From Nannocystales bacterium (GTDB lineage Bacteria > Myxococcota_A > Polyangia > Nannocystales > Nannocystaceae): a DNA stretch of 64,000 nucleotides. The stretch is taken from contig JBOEGF010000005.1 in NCBI GenBank assembly GCA_050633305.1, positions 352,001 through 416,000 of the forward strand, written 5' to 3'. Below are positions 1 to 9,188 of the stretch, in pieces (the stretch's first letter is position 1; every line of letters starts with the position of its first letter). A program made the position numbers and the translations under genes. The notes under the pieces were generated by a model, which saw only the letters and a program-made list of their open reading frames with translations, had not been told where the DNA came from and made no database searches.

Positions 1-390
1 GGCGAAGCTCTCACCCATGATCTCCTCATCGAATGAATCTCCCCGCATCGCATTCGTGATGTCCTCCCGCGAGAGGCGAAGCTCTCCGCGCAGGCCTTGC
101 GTCTTGTCCGCAAACTGTTCCACTTCGTTGCGGATCACGCGGTACTGCTCGGGTGTGGCTTCGAGTTTGGAGGCGAGCCAGCCGACCATCCGCTCGGTTC
201 CACGGGCTCGCTTTCGCCAGCTGGCCCCTGCGGAGTCCCGGCTCCACGGTGCCCCATCGTTCGAGGACATGGGGCCCCTGTACCCGCGGGGTCCGTGCCC
301 GCAACCGGGTCCGCGCATGCCGTGGTGACGGCGGTGAGAGAACCGATAGGCTCCGTAGACGAGGGCTGCACCAACAAAGAATCCGATCAT
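1..390 (-). CDS. Spy/CpxP-like (periplasmic heavy-metal sensor-type) helical protein, 3'-truncated by window edge
   Basis: Not in the ORF track because it has no stop in the window. ATG at 390 follows AAGGAGA. Reads MIGFFVGAALVYGAYRFSHRRHHGMRGPGCGHGPRG...WLASKLEATPEQYRVIRNEVEQF...LRLSREDITNAM: hydrophobic N-terminus, Gly/His/Arg linker, L-x-x-T-P-E-Q motif. Confidence 0.65.
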   Translation of the reverse strand, partial: MIGFFVGAALVYGAYRFSHRRHHGMRGPGCGHGPRGYRGPMSSNDGAPWSRDSAGASWRKRARGTERMVGWLASKLEATPEQYRVIRNEVEQFADKTQGLRGELRLSREDITNAMRGDSFDEEIMGESFA

Positions 391-450
391 CGTGTCTGTC
401 TCCTTGCTCAACAGCTTGCGTCGCGCTTGTTTCACGACGTCGTGGGTCTT

Positions 451-467
451 CATGAAGAAGTGTGAAG
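451..467 (-). promoter_or_regulatory. Possible OmpR/PhoB-type direct-repeat operator upstream of the Spy/CpxP-like gene
   Basis: Minus strand CTTCACA-ctt-CTTCATG, 10-bp period, about 60 bp upstream of the ATG at 390. Confidence 0.3.
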
Positions 468-510
468 GGCATCGCCGTGTTTCGCGCCCACAGCTCCGGA
501 GGCCTCTGTT

Positions 511-1332
511 ATGAAGCAAGGCATGCGAAAGACTGGTTTGTGGGTGCTGGGTGCGTTTTTGGCAGCCTGTGGAGGCGATGCCGACGCAGGGTCGGCGGGT
601 GGAAGCACCGGCGACGAGGAGACGTCGAGCTCGACCTCGGATACGGCGAGCACCACCACGATCACGGCCACGGGGCCCAGCACGACCAGCACGACCGACC
701 CCTCGACGGGTCCCACCGATCCTTCGAGCACCACGACATCCACCGGTGTCGTCGAGGGCAGCAGCACGGATGAAACCGGAAGCTCCAGCGGCGGTTGCAC
801 GCTCGGCGAGCTGGACTGCGGGTGTGACGAAGGGGCTTGTGCAGACGGACTCGAGTGCGATGCATCCGACGTGTGCACAGCTCCGGGCGTCTGCGAGGAT
901 GATGAGTGGGGCGACATCAGCTCCGAAGACAACGCCCACTTCCTCGGCTCGATCGACGACGACGACGACAACGGCGGCAGCGTGATGGGCGTGCTCACCG
1001 GCCCGGACGACGTGGACTGGTTCCGCTACGACGGGGAGGACTCGTCCTTCGATTCTGTCGACCCGTTCCGCACGATCGCGGCCTCTGCAGAGGTCCGGTT
1101 CTGTAAGTTTGCGGAGTGTGCTGACGGTCTCGAGGACACGGAGTTCGCCTGCGGCGAAGGGGCAAGCGCGACGACGTCACCAGGCGGGCGACCGGGTTGC
1201 TGTGCCGAGGATGTCATCCACGTACCGGATGCCAACTGCAGCGGGACCATCAGCGACGACATGACGGTCTGGATCCGCGTGGACCAGCCCGACGCCGCGT
1301 GCGTCCAGTACGCGTTCGACTATCACTACTAA
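511..1332 (+). CDS. Cys-rich acidic lipoprotein with Ser/Thr linker and PPC-like C-terminal domain
   Basis: Lipobox FLAAC, long S/T/G linker, many Cys, DDDDDNG and LTGPDDVDWFRY (PPC-like) motifs. Confidence 0.75.
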   Translation: MKQGMRKTGLWVLGAFLAACGGDADAGSAGGSTGDEETSSSTSDTASTTTITATGPSTTSTTDPSTGPTDPSSTTTSTGVVEGSSTDETGSSSGGCTLGELDCGCDEGACADGLECDASDVCTAPGVCEDDEWGDISSEDNAHFLGSIDDDDDNGGSVMGVLTGPDDVDWFRYDGEDSSFDSVDPFRTIAASAEVRFCKFAECADGLEDTEFACGEGASATTSPGGRPGCCAEDVIHVPDANCSGTISDDMTVWIRVDQPDAACVQYAFDYHY

Positions 1333-1382
1333 GGAACGCCCAAAGCGGCGTGTGCGGGAGCCTAGGGGTACTCTTCCCGCAC

Positions 1383-1745
1383 GTGGCGAACGAACGCGCG
1401 ACATCGCTGCAGTGGCTCCCCGCGACGTTCGTTCTCGAGGTCGTCGCCTGGGAGGTCGGTTCGCGACTGGACCTCGCGATGCTCGACCCGTCCTGGGAGG
1501 AACTCGGGCGGAGCATCGACGTGGAGCGCATCACGTGGGGGCTGGGATGTGCCGCCACCGTGTTGTTTGTCCTGTTCATGGTGCTGCCCACCCGGTGGTC
1601 AAAGGGCGGTGTCTCGTGCGTTCAGCTCCTGGGGGTGCTCGGACTCGGGGCGTACTGGATCGGGGCATCGGTGGTCGCGAGCGGAGCCGTGGTGGTGGTC
1701 GCGAGCGTTGCTGCGTTCCTTCTGAGCGGTCGGACCGATGCTTGA
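1383..1745 (+). CDS. Small membrane protein, unknown function
   Basis: 3' part of ORF 1197..1745 with 3-4 hydrophobic segments. The GTG at 1383 avoids overlap with the upstream gene. Confidence 0.5.
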   Translation: MANERATSLQWLPATFVLEVVAWEVGSRLDLAMLDPSWEELGRSIDVERITWGLGCAATVLFVLFMVLPTRWSKGGVSCVQLLGVLGLGAYWIGASVVASGAVVVVASVAAFLLSGRTDA

Positions 1746-1832
1746 GCGGCCCGATGCGTCAACCGATTGGAATTTCGCTCTCCGGCGAGCACGTGGCGGG
1801 ACACCGGTTCCCTTCGAGGGGATAAAGGACTC

Positions 1833-2855
1833 ATGAATGCTCCGCCGCTTGATGTCGTCCTGAGCCAGTTCCACGCGACAGCGCCGACGTACGACGGCGG
1901 GATGAGCAACCACGGGCCGATGGTGGTGGAAGCGCTGGAGGCTGCGGGTCTCGAGGGGCATGCAGCGGCGTTCGCCGAACTGGCCCTCGAGACACTCGAG
2001 CCTCTGAACGGTGGTGCTTGCGGAAGCCTCGAGCTCGGCGACTTGCAAGAGGCGGGGTGGATCGAGCACTACCGGGCTCGTATCGCTGTGTCCTCGGTCG
2101 AGGACATGGTCCGCGAAGCCCTACCGACGCTACTGCCCGGGGCGATGGCAGGGGCAACCCACGGACTCATCCGGCTCTCCCATGCTGTTCGAGGGTGGAC
2201 GCGCGCGCCCTCGGAGGTCCGAGCCGAGGAGGTTGCCCACGCCTTGGGATACTGGGCGTCGGCCTATCAAACGCTCCCTGGGAATGTTGGCAGTGCACCG
2301 TCGGTCGAGCTTCGTACGGTCATGGCGACGCTACCGGGCCTTACGGACGAGGAGCGTTCGAGCGCGGGGATGATCTTCGATCGGGTCCGGGCGGTTGACG
2401 GCGTACAGCGCTTCGCCGACGCCGTCGCATCCGTCGACCTACGGGACCTATCGACCTCTGATTTCATCTCGGAGATGGTCGGGATCGCAGCGAGGATGAT
2501 GCTGACATCCCGCGGGTCCGGGTTTGCCTACTTGCACGCGATCACCGCGACATCTGCGGTCCGCTCGCTCCTCCCGTTCATCGATGCGGGGTCCGAGCTC
2601 GCGGTGCGGCATGCCGTCTTCCATTGCGTCGCAGCCCTGCACGCTGCGCATGGTGGGTCCGATGCGTGGCTGTCCTGGGAGCCTCCAGCGTCGCTCCCGG
2701 ATGCACAGACGCTCCCGCTGGAAGCGGCGCGCTCGCAGGGCGACCACGCGATCAAGCTCGCAGTGACCGTCGCCGATGAGGTCTCGCGGCGCCCAGACCC
2801 CGCGCTGCTGTGTGCGGCGCAGGCGGAGATCGACCGGTCGTTGGCCATCGCGTAG
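1833..2855 (+). CDS. Questin oxidase-like (DUF4243) family protein
   Basis: ATG after AAAGGA. Motifs SNHGPM, ATHGLIRL, ALGYWA, LHAIT and DHAIK. Confidence 0.8.
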   Translation: MNAPPLDVVLSQFHATAPTYDGGMSNHGPMVVEALEAAGLEGHAAAFAELALETLEPLNGGACGSLELGDLQEAGWIEHYRARIAVSSVEDMVREALPTLLPGAMAGATHGLIRLSHAVRGWTRAPSEVRAEEVAHALGYWASAYQTLPGNVGSAPSVELRTVMATLPGLTDEERSSAGMIFDRVRAVDGVQRFADAVASVDLRDLSTSDFISEMVGIAARMMLTSRGSGFAYLHAITATSAVRSLLPFIDAGSELAVRHAVFHCVAALHAAHGGSDAWLSWEPPASLPDAQTLPLEAARSQGDHAIKLAVTVADEVSRRPDPALLCAAQAEIDRSLAIA

Positions 2856-2865
2856 GGCGACGTCC

Positions 2866-4785
2866 TCACCCTGTCAGGGTCGCCAGTGCGTGCTGCATGT
2901 CGCGCTCGTGTTGCGCTGCTGGGTCCTGGACCGCCAGCCCCATCGCGATGGTGCGGTGAAGCAGGGCCTGAACCTCGAGGAGCCTGTGAAACATCGTGGC
3001 TCTGTGGTCTTCGAGCGACCGGAGTCGGTCGAGGCCTTCGAGCATCGGCTGGCGAGCGACGGCGGCGTCGCCCCGGGCCTCGGATGCCGCGAGTGCGCGC
3101 ACCATCGCGCCCTCATCGAGCGTGGAGAGTTCCGCGGAAATGCTGGCCAGGCGCTGCACCGATTGTTCCACGGCGCCGACCAGCGCTTCGACCGGCTCGG
3201 TCACCATGTCGATCTCGTCTGCGTTCGCGCCTTGCAGCGCGGCTCGATGGTCGACCAAACGCTGGACCATCAATGCGAGGTCCGCGATCACGGCTCGCAC
3301 GTCCGCGGGGGGGTCAGCCTGGAGCAGCGCGGACAGCCGTGCCACGAACGGGTCTGATGCGGGCAGCGCGACCGGAGCCTCCCGCAGCCGGAATGTGCCC
3401 GGGGTCCGTTTTTCGATCGCGTGGTTGCTGAATCGGACCATCATGGCCCCGGCGGCGACGATGAACACCACCAGCGTGGGTGCCCAGATGGGCGTGGAGA
3501 CGAACTGGACAAGCGTCGCGAAGACGCCCGCCAAGACAATGCTGAGCCCCAGGAACTGCAGCCCGCTGGTTCGGGATGCGGTGGGGGAAACCAGGGCGAC
3601 CTTGAGGCCTTGGTCCCGCATCTCGTCATGAAGGGCCATCGCGGTGTCTTGGTCGAGGTCGGAGTACAGGCGGGCGGGCAGTCGGATTCGGCCGACCTTC
3701 TCATCGTCGTCGTAGAGGTGAACGTTGCCGATGATGAAGTCGGGGGTTCGCATCGGCGCACGAGACACCGCCGTGAGGAACCGTTGTAGCCACTCGAGTT
3801 TCGCGGCGTCCTCGCTCAGCGCGCGAAGCTCGAGGCCCCAGCCCCGATCCCCGATCGGGACATGAGCGAAGCGCACGGCGACCCGTCCACACGATAGACA
3901 CAGGCGTTGTCCGACGCGGAGCGATGCATCGCAGTGCTGGCAGCTCGACGTTCCATCGGCGAGGGCTAGGCCCGGCCCTCCCCGCAGCACCCATGTGACA
4001 TCCATGGCGCTCGGTGGGCGGTCCTCGGGTCGCTCGTTGAGCAGCCTGGCCACGAGCTCGGCCAACACGGGTGGGGCGTCCGCTCGAAGCGTCCGCAGCT
4101 CGGGCAGCGGCGTTCGTTCTCGGAGCAGAGATGGACCGTCGCTGAACGGGACCGACCCCGTCAGGGCGTGCCACATCAGCGCGCCAACGCTGTACAGGTC
4201 GCTGCGCTGATCGACCGTGGTCTTGAAGAGTTGCTCGGGAGCTGCGTACGGGCTGCCTTGGAGGAGCAGGCTGGAGGCGGTGTGGCTGGAGAGGACATCC
4301 ACCCGGGCCAGGCCGATGTCGCACAACACGATCGAGCCGTCGGCTGTCCGCAAGACCTGCTCGGGTCTGAGGTCGCGCAAGACCGCTCCACAGCGATGAA
4401 TGTCGTGTACCGCGTCGGTCAGACCGGAGAACACGGCGGTGAATTCCTCGAGTCCGATCGGCGCGCGCGCCAAGATGGCCGTGAGGCTCTCCGCGTCCGG
4501 GATCGGGCGCATCCGCCACGGCGGGGGGGCTGCCGGGTCGCGCGGGTCGGGCTGCGGCCCCAGGGCGAGCGTCTCGACAAGCGCGTGGGCACCCAGCTGC
4601 ATGACGCGCTCTTGGTCGCGCACGTACCGGCGGCGGATGGAGTCGTCGCGAGCGAGGTCCGGGGCGAGCTGGGCGACCAGCGCGTTGCGGCCATCGCGCA
4701 GCCGGACCACCCATCGCTGCTCGGTCCCCACGTCGGCCGGTCCTTGCAAGACCTCGTGGGGGGGCTGTAGGAAGTCGAGGATCAC
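2866..4785 (-). CDS. Membrane Ser/Thr pseudokinase with Zn-ribbon and C-terminal coiled coil
   Basis: Kinase fold retained (LRDLRPEQV, DIG, GSPYAAPE, SDLYSVG) but no Gly loop and no VAIK Lys. CQHC..CLSC, two TM segments. GTGA overlap with the upstream kinase. Confidence 0.8.
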   Translation of the reverse strand: MILDFLQPPHEVLQGPADVGTEQRWVVRLRDGRNALVAQLAPDLARDDSIRRRYVRDQERVMQLGAHALVETLALGPQPDPRDPAAPPPWRMRPIPDAESLTAILARAPIGLEEFTAVFSGLTDAVHDIHRCGAVLRDLRPEQVLRTADGSIVLCDIGLARVDVLSSHTASSLLLQGSPYAAPEQLFKTTVDQRSDLYSVGALMWHALTGSVPFSDGPSLLRERTPLPELRTLRADAPPVLAELVARLLNERPEDRPPSAMDVTWVLRGGPGLALADGTSSCQHCDASLRVGQRLCLSCGRVAVRFAHVPIGDRGWGLELRALSEDAAKLEWLQRFLTAVSRAPMRTPDFIIGNVHLYDDDEKVGRIRLPARLYSDLDQDTAMALHDEMRDQGLKVALVSPTASRTSGLQFLGLSIVLAGVFATLVQFVSTPIWAPTLVVFIVAAGAMMVRFSNHAIEKRTPGTFRLREAPVALPASDPFVARLSALLQADPPADVRAVIADLALMVQRLVDHRAALQGANADEIDMVTEPVEALVGAVEQSVQRLASISAELSTLDEGAMVRALAASEARGDAAVARQPMLEGLDRLRSLEDHRATMFHRLLEVQALLHRTIAMGLAVQDPAAQHERDMQHALATLTG

Positions 4786-6743
4786 AAGGACTGAACCTCC
4801 TCCAAGGACTCGACCGTGGCTCGCAAGGAGGCGAGCGCCTCGGCCTCGGGCGCGTCGCCCAGTCGGTGCGAGGCAGACGCTTGGCGGGCCCCGAGTGCGT
4901 CGAGCGTCGCGGTGAGGTCGAGCAGGCGCCCAGACCAGAGGTCGCGCTCGTGCATGCTGTTTCGATGCTCGGGGTGCGCGGGGTCGAAGTCAGCGCGGGC
5001 CATCTGGGCGTCGAGTTCGTCCATCCGGTGTGCGGCCACGGCGGCGAGGTTGATCGCATGGGCCATCTCGTCGGCGACCTCGGCCTGCTGGGCTTCAGTC
5101 AGAGTACGCGTGAGGTCGACGGTCCGGTGAACGACGGCCCGGAGAGCCTCACGATGTCGCGCTTCTTTGAGCTTGGGGACGGTTCGGTAGAGCCCGTCGA
5201 GACGCTGTTGCATCGCGAATGGGAGGGCACGCTGCTCGCTGCCTCGACCCACTCGCAACGCGGTACGGAACGCCGAGCGTCGACTGAACAACAACACGAA
5301 GGGGAAGGCGGCTGCGATGGCGACGGCGGTGACCGGTAGTCCGAGGAGCGGGTTGAGCATGAGTGGGATGGACGCGACAGCCCCGGCGAGTGTCATTCCT
5401 CGCCGCAGCAGCGCCCACGCGGCTCGTCTGACATGGGGGTGGGACGTGGCGCCTCCTCGGGTCGTTTCGACCAGGATCCCGAGGTGGCGCATCGAGTCGA
5501 CCAGCGTTTGTGCGCTCGCGGCACTCAGGCCGACCGCGAGCGGGAAGGCGAGCCGTGGGATCCGTTGTTCGAGTCCTTCGGGATCGAGGCCGGCTGCTGC
5601 GTTGGCCCGAACCCAGCGCACGAGCTTGTCGCGGAGCTCACTCGAAAACTTGTGCGACAGCTTGCCGGGGCCGACGACGAACACCGAGCAGGGTCCCGAC
5701 TCGACGAGCAACTGAACCATCCCGCAACGAAAGCAGACCCGTAGCTCCGCAAGCACTCTCGCCCCACATCCCGCGCAACGACCCTCGGTGGCGTCTCCCG
5801 CATGGTGGGCGAGGGCGTGTTGAACCGGGACCAGCGAGGCGTCGGTCTGGGGCTCGCTCAAGTGCTCGAGCGCGTCCAGCACGGCGGCGGCGGCTTGGGG
5901 GCGTTCTCCGGGCGCCTTCGCGAGCAACCGTCGCGTGAGCTCATCGAGTCTGCGGCCATACGCTCCGGGGAGCGATGGAATCTCCGCGGTTCGGTGGGCT
6001 TCGAGGACCGCGTAGGGGGTGCTTCCACCGTACGGCGGAGCGCCGGTGGCCAACTCATAGATGATGCAGCCCAATGCGTAGAGGTCGGTCCGCGGATCGA
6101 CCGCGAGGGGGTCCAGGCATTCGGGGGCCATGTACGGTGGCGTCCCAAGGACGGTCAGCGCCCTCCGATCCGCGGCGGCGAACGATGCCGCGCGGGCCAT
6201 GCCAAAGTCGGCGATCTTCGCGACCGGCGGATTGTCTCGAGTGAGCAAGACGTTGGCGGGCTTGAGGTCGCGGTGGATGACCCCGCGGGCGTGAGCGTGG
6301 GACAACCCGCGTGCGATGTCGCGAGCGATCGGGACCAGCGTTTCGAAGCTCAGCGTCTGGTGGGTCGCGAGGTGGGCCGCAAGGGTTGGGCCTTCGACCA
6401 ACTCCATGAGCAGCGCGGTCCGCTGTTGGACGTCCCGGACCCCGAACACTCGGACGATGTTGGGGTGAACCAGTCCCGATGCCAGCTCCGCCTCTCGCTG
6501 GAAACGCGCTCGGGCGCCTGCATCCCGTTGGTGGCGCGCATGCAGCACCTTGGCGGCGAGGCGGGACCCGCTCTGTGCTCCGATGACCTCGCGAACCGTC
6601 GCGATGGCTCCACTACCGATCTCACGCCCCGGGGCGAGCGACTCGTCGAGCAGGGGCACCGCGGGGTTCAACGTGAAAACGTTGGCAAATGCAGACCCGT
6701 AGGGCAACCCTGTGCGGGTTTCGGGCAACGGGTCGTTGGGCAT
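4782..6743 (-). CDS. Membrane Ser/Thr protein kinase with Zn-ribbon and C-terminal coiled coil
   Basis: GSGAIATV, LAAKVL, HRDLKPAN, DFG, GTPPYMAPE; CAGC..CFRC; TM hairpin. Start ATG 6743 (or GTG 6659). The longer track ORF overlaps ruvX. Confidence 0.9.
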   Translation of the reverse strand: MPNDPLPETRTGLPYGSAFANVFTLNPAVPLLDESLAPGREIGSGAIATVREVIGAQSGSRLAAKVLHARHQRDAGARARFQREAELASGLVHPNIVRVFGVRDVQQRTALLMELVEGPTLAAHLATHQTLSFETLVPIARDIARGLSHAHARGVIHRDLKPANVLLTRDNPPVAKIADFGMARAASFAAADRRALTVLGTPPYMAPECLDPLAVDPRTDLYALGCIIYELATGAPPYGGSTPYAVLEAHRTAEIPSLPGAYGRRLDELTRRLLAKAPGERPQAAAAVLDALEHLSEPQTDASLVPVQHALAHHAGDATEGRCAGCGARVLAELRVCFRCGMVQLLVESGPCSVFVVGPGKLSHKFSSELRDKLVRWVRANAAAGLDPEGLEQRIPRLAFPLAVGLSAASAQTLVDSMRHLGILVETTRGGATSHPHVRRAAWALLRRGMTLAGAVASIPLMLNPLLGLPVTAVAIAAAFPFVLLFSRRSAFRTALRVGRGSEQRALPFAMQQRLDGLYRTVPKLKEARHREALRAVVHRTVDLTRTLTEAQQAEVADEMAHAINLAAVAAHRMDELDAQMARADFDPAHPEHRNSMHERDLWSGRLLDLTATLDALGARQASASHRLGDAPEAEALASLRATVESLEEVQSL

Positions 6744-6758
6744 GGTAAGACCCGAGAA

Positions 6759-7205
6759 ATGCGGTCCCTGGGCCTTGACGTCGGTTCCAAGACCATCGGC
6801 CGGGCCTTTGGTGATGAAGGGGGCCTGATCGCGACGGCATTCGACGTGTGGCGACGCAAGGGCCACGTGGAAGATGCGAGGGAGATTGCGCGTCAAGCTG
6901 GGGCGGAGGCTGTGAAAGCGATCGTGGTGGGATATCCCCTGGAGCTGGACGGACGGGTCGGCAGACGCGCCCGAGCGGTGCACAAGTTCATCGAGGTGCT
7001 CGAGGTCGAACTCCAGGGTCAAAGCGTCGGGGCCGAGATCCACTTGTGGGATGAGCGGTTCAGCACCGCGGCAGCCGAGCGAACGCTGCTGGAGGCTGAC
7101 GTCTCCCGGGCGCGGCGGAAGTCCAAGATCGATGCTGTCGCGGCCCAGGTGATCCTGCAAGGTTGGCTCGACGCGGAACGCAACAAGCGGGAGGACAATC
7201 GATGA
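6759..7205 (+). CDS. ruvX: Holliday junction resolvase-like RuvX/YqgF
   Basis: MRSLGLDVGSKTIG, IVVGYP, WDERFST, KIDAVAAQVILQGWLD. ATGA-coupled to mltG. Confidence 0.93.
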   Translation: MRSLGLDVGSKTIGRAFGDEGGLIATAFDVWRRKGHVEDAREIARQAGAEAVKAIVVGYPLELDGRVGRRARAVHKFIEVLEVELQGQSVGAEIHLWDERFSTAAAERTLLEADVSRARRKSKIDAVAAQVILQGWLDAERNKREDNR

Positions 7206-8407
7206 GTGCCGCACGAGCGAAGGCCAAGGCCAAGCCGAAGTCCACGCGTCGCAAAAAACGACCGTGGTGGAAGCCGAAGGGCTCCGCTCGGACCCAGCGG
7301 TGGGCCTTTGGTGTCGTTTTGATCAGCCTCGGTGGTGCTGCATGGGCTGCGCATGGCGCCTATGAGCGGTTGCTCGACTATCCGAGCAAGGCGCTGGAGG
7401 GCGACACGACACCGATCGAACTCGAGGTGCCACGCGGTGCTTCGTTTCCGCAGGTGCTCGAGTTGTTGGTCGAACACGAGGTCTTGGCCTCGGGTGACGC
7501 GAGTGCGTTCAAGGTCTACGTTTTACACAAAGGCGCGGCGCGAAAAACGACCGCGGGCCCGCACGTGTTTCGCGGGGACATGACGCCCGAGGAGATCCTC
7601 GAAGAACTACAGCGCAAGCAGAAGGTCGCGGAGGTGCGGGTTACGGTTCCCGAGGGGAAGAACCTGCTCGACGTCGCCAAGATCCTCGCCGATTCGGGGC
7701 TGGCCACGGCGGATGCGTTTGAAGCTGCGATGCGAGACCGGGCGCTGCTCGATTCGCTCGACATCAAGGGGGAGACGGCCGAGGGGTATCTCTTCCCCGA
7801 CACCTACAAGTTCGCCGCCAAGGCGACTCCGGCCGACGTTGTCACCCGAATGGTGAAGCGGCACCAACAAGTCTTTGCTGGCTTGGCCCGCACGCACCGG
7901 GACTCCATCGCGAGTCTCGACAAGAGTCTGGGGTGGGGGCCGCAGGAGGTCGTGACACTCGCGTCCATCGTCGAGAAAGAGACCGGGGCCAAGCACGAGC
8001 GCCCGCTGATCGCAGGGGTGTTCCTCAACCGGATGAAGTTCTCCAGCTTCAAGCCCAAGCTGTTGCAGACCGACCCCACCATCATCTACGGCTGCACGGT
8101 TCCCGCAGAGAAGTCCGCTGCATGTCAGAAATTCGAGGGCCGTATCCGCAGGATCCACCTCGACGACAAGGACAACGCCTACAGCACATACGCGAACGAG
8201 GGGCTCCCGCCGGGTCCGATCTCCAACCCGGGCAAGGCTGCGCTCGAGGCTGTCCTCGCGCCCAAGAAATCGCGGTTCCTGTATTTCGTTGCGCGGAACG
8301 ACGGGACCCACGAGTTCAGCAAGTCGGTGGCTGAGCACGAGAGATGGGTCGACCTGTACCAGCGCAAAGGCCAGGTCGGGAGACCCAAGAAAAAGAAGAA
8401 GCCGTAG
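7202..8407 (+). CDS. mltG: Endolytic transglycosylase MltG (YceG)
   Basis: N-terminal TM; EGYLFPDTY, LASIVEKE, LQTDPT, GLPPGPISNPG, LYFVA. Confidence 0.95.
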   Translation: MSAARAKAKAKPKSTRRKKRPWWKPKGSARTQRWAFGVVLISLGGAAWAAHGAYERLLDYPSKALEGDTTPIELEVPRGASFPQVLELLVEHEVLASGDASAFKVYVLHKGAARKTTAGPHVFRGDMTPEEILEELQRKQKVAEVRVTVPEGKNLLDVAKILADSGLATADAFEAAMRDRALLDSLDIKGETAEGYLFPDTYKFAAKATPADVVTRMVKRHQQVFAGLARTHRDSIASLDKSLGWGPQEVVTLASIVEKETGAKHERPLIAGVFLNRMKFSSFKPKLLQTDPTIIYGCTVPAEKSAACQKFEGRIRRIHLDDKDNAYSTYANEGLPPGPISNPGKAALEAVLAPKKSRFLYFVARNDGTHEFSKSVAEHERWVDLYQRKGQVGRPKKKKKP

Positions 8408-8419
8408 AGGCCAGGCGTA

Positions 8420-9133
8420 CTACTCGAGACTGTCGACCGCCCAGCCGTCGCCCTTGCGCAGTAGTGACACGGTGGTCTGCCCCCAGCGGACCGAGGCTCG
8501 GCGCTCCGAGCCCTGTGGTGCCGACGGTGTGGCGGTGTTGGCGAGTGCGGCGAGAGCACGTGACAGTCCGGTGCGGCTGAACAACAGCGCGTCGTCCAGA
8601 CCTCGGGTGAAGGCTGCGAGGGCCTCGGCGCGGGCCTCAGGGGTCGCATCGGGGTCGAGTGCGACCGTGGCGAACCCGTGCAGGCTGAGCAGTGCGGACG
8701 GGGCATCCGATGCGGCGATGCCTTGCGGGCGCCCACCGACGGTATGGCCGGCCGCGCGGGTGCGGACGATCTCCTCGAGGCTGTCGGTGTCGGTTGTTTC
8801 GGTGGCCCGCAGCGCGAGGAGAGGCTGCGGTGGGCCCACGGGTACCAATGTGTCGTCGTCGCCCGTTGAGGTAAAGCGCCACAGGGCCAACGAGAGCGTA
8901 GCCCCATCGTGGTGGGCGATGACCAAGGAGAGTTTTCCCGTTGCAGCATTTCCCACTTCTGCCACCAGGGCGACGGCCGACCCCTCGGGACGATGAGCGT
9001 TCAACGTGGTTTCAAACTGAAACCCGCTTGGCTTTGCGGCTGAGGCTGGGGGGTCCGCGGGGGGTGGTGCGGGGGCCTCATTGCAGCCTCCCAGTGCAAG
9101 GGCACCGACGAGAAGGACCACCAGGCGCGACAC
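8420..9133 (-). CDS. Lipoprotein, unknown function
   Basis: Signal peptide with lipobox LGGC followed by a Pro/Ala linker. Confidence 0.7.
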   Translation of the reverse strand: MSRLVVLLVGALALGGCNEAPAPPPADPPASAAKPSGFQFETTLNAHRPEGSAVALVAEVGNAATGKLSLVIAHHDGATLSLALWRFTSTGDDDTLVPVGPPQPLLALRATETTDTDSLEEIVRTRAAGHTVGGRPQGIAASDAPSALLSLHGFATVALDPDATPEARAEALAAFTRGLDDALLFSRTGLSRALAALANTATPSAPQGSERRASVRWGQTTVSLLRKGDGWAVDSLE

Positions 9134-9188
9134 GCCTCAGCGTCCCCGACAGCGCCCGAAGCGGTCAAGCGGGTGGTACGCTCCAAGT

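Noticed and set aside
5802..7214. Long N-terminal extensions giving an apparent kinase/RuvX overlap
   Set aside because: ORF-caller extensions. The recognisable proteins start at 6743 or later on the minus strand and at 6759 on the plus strand.
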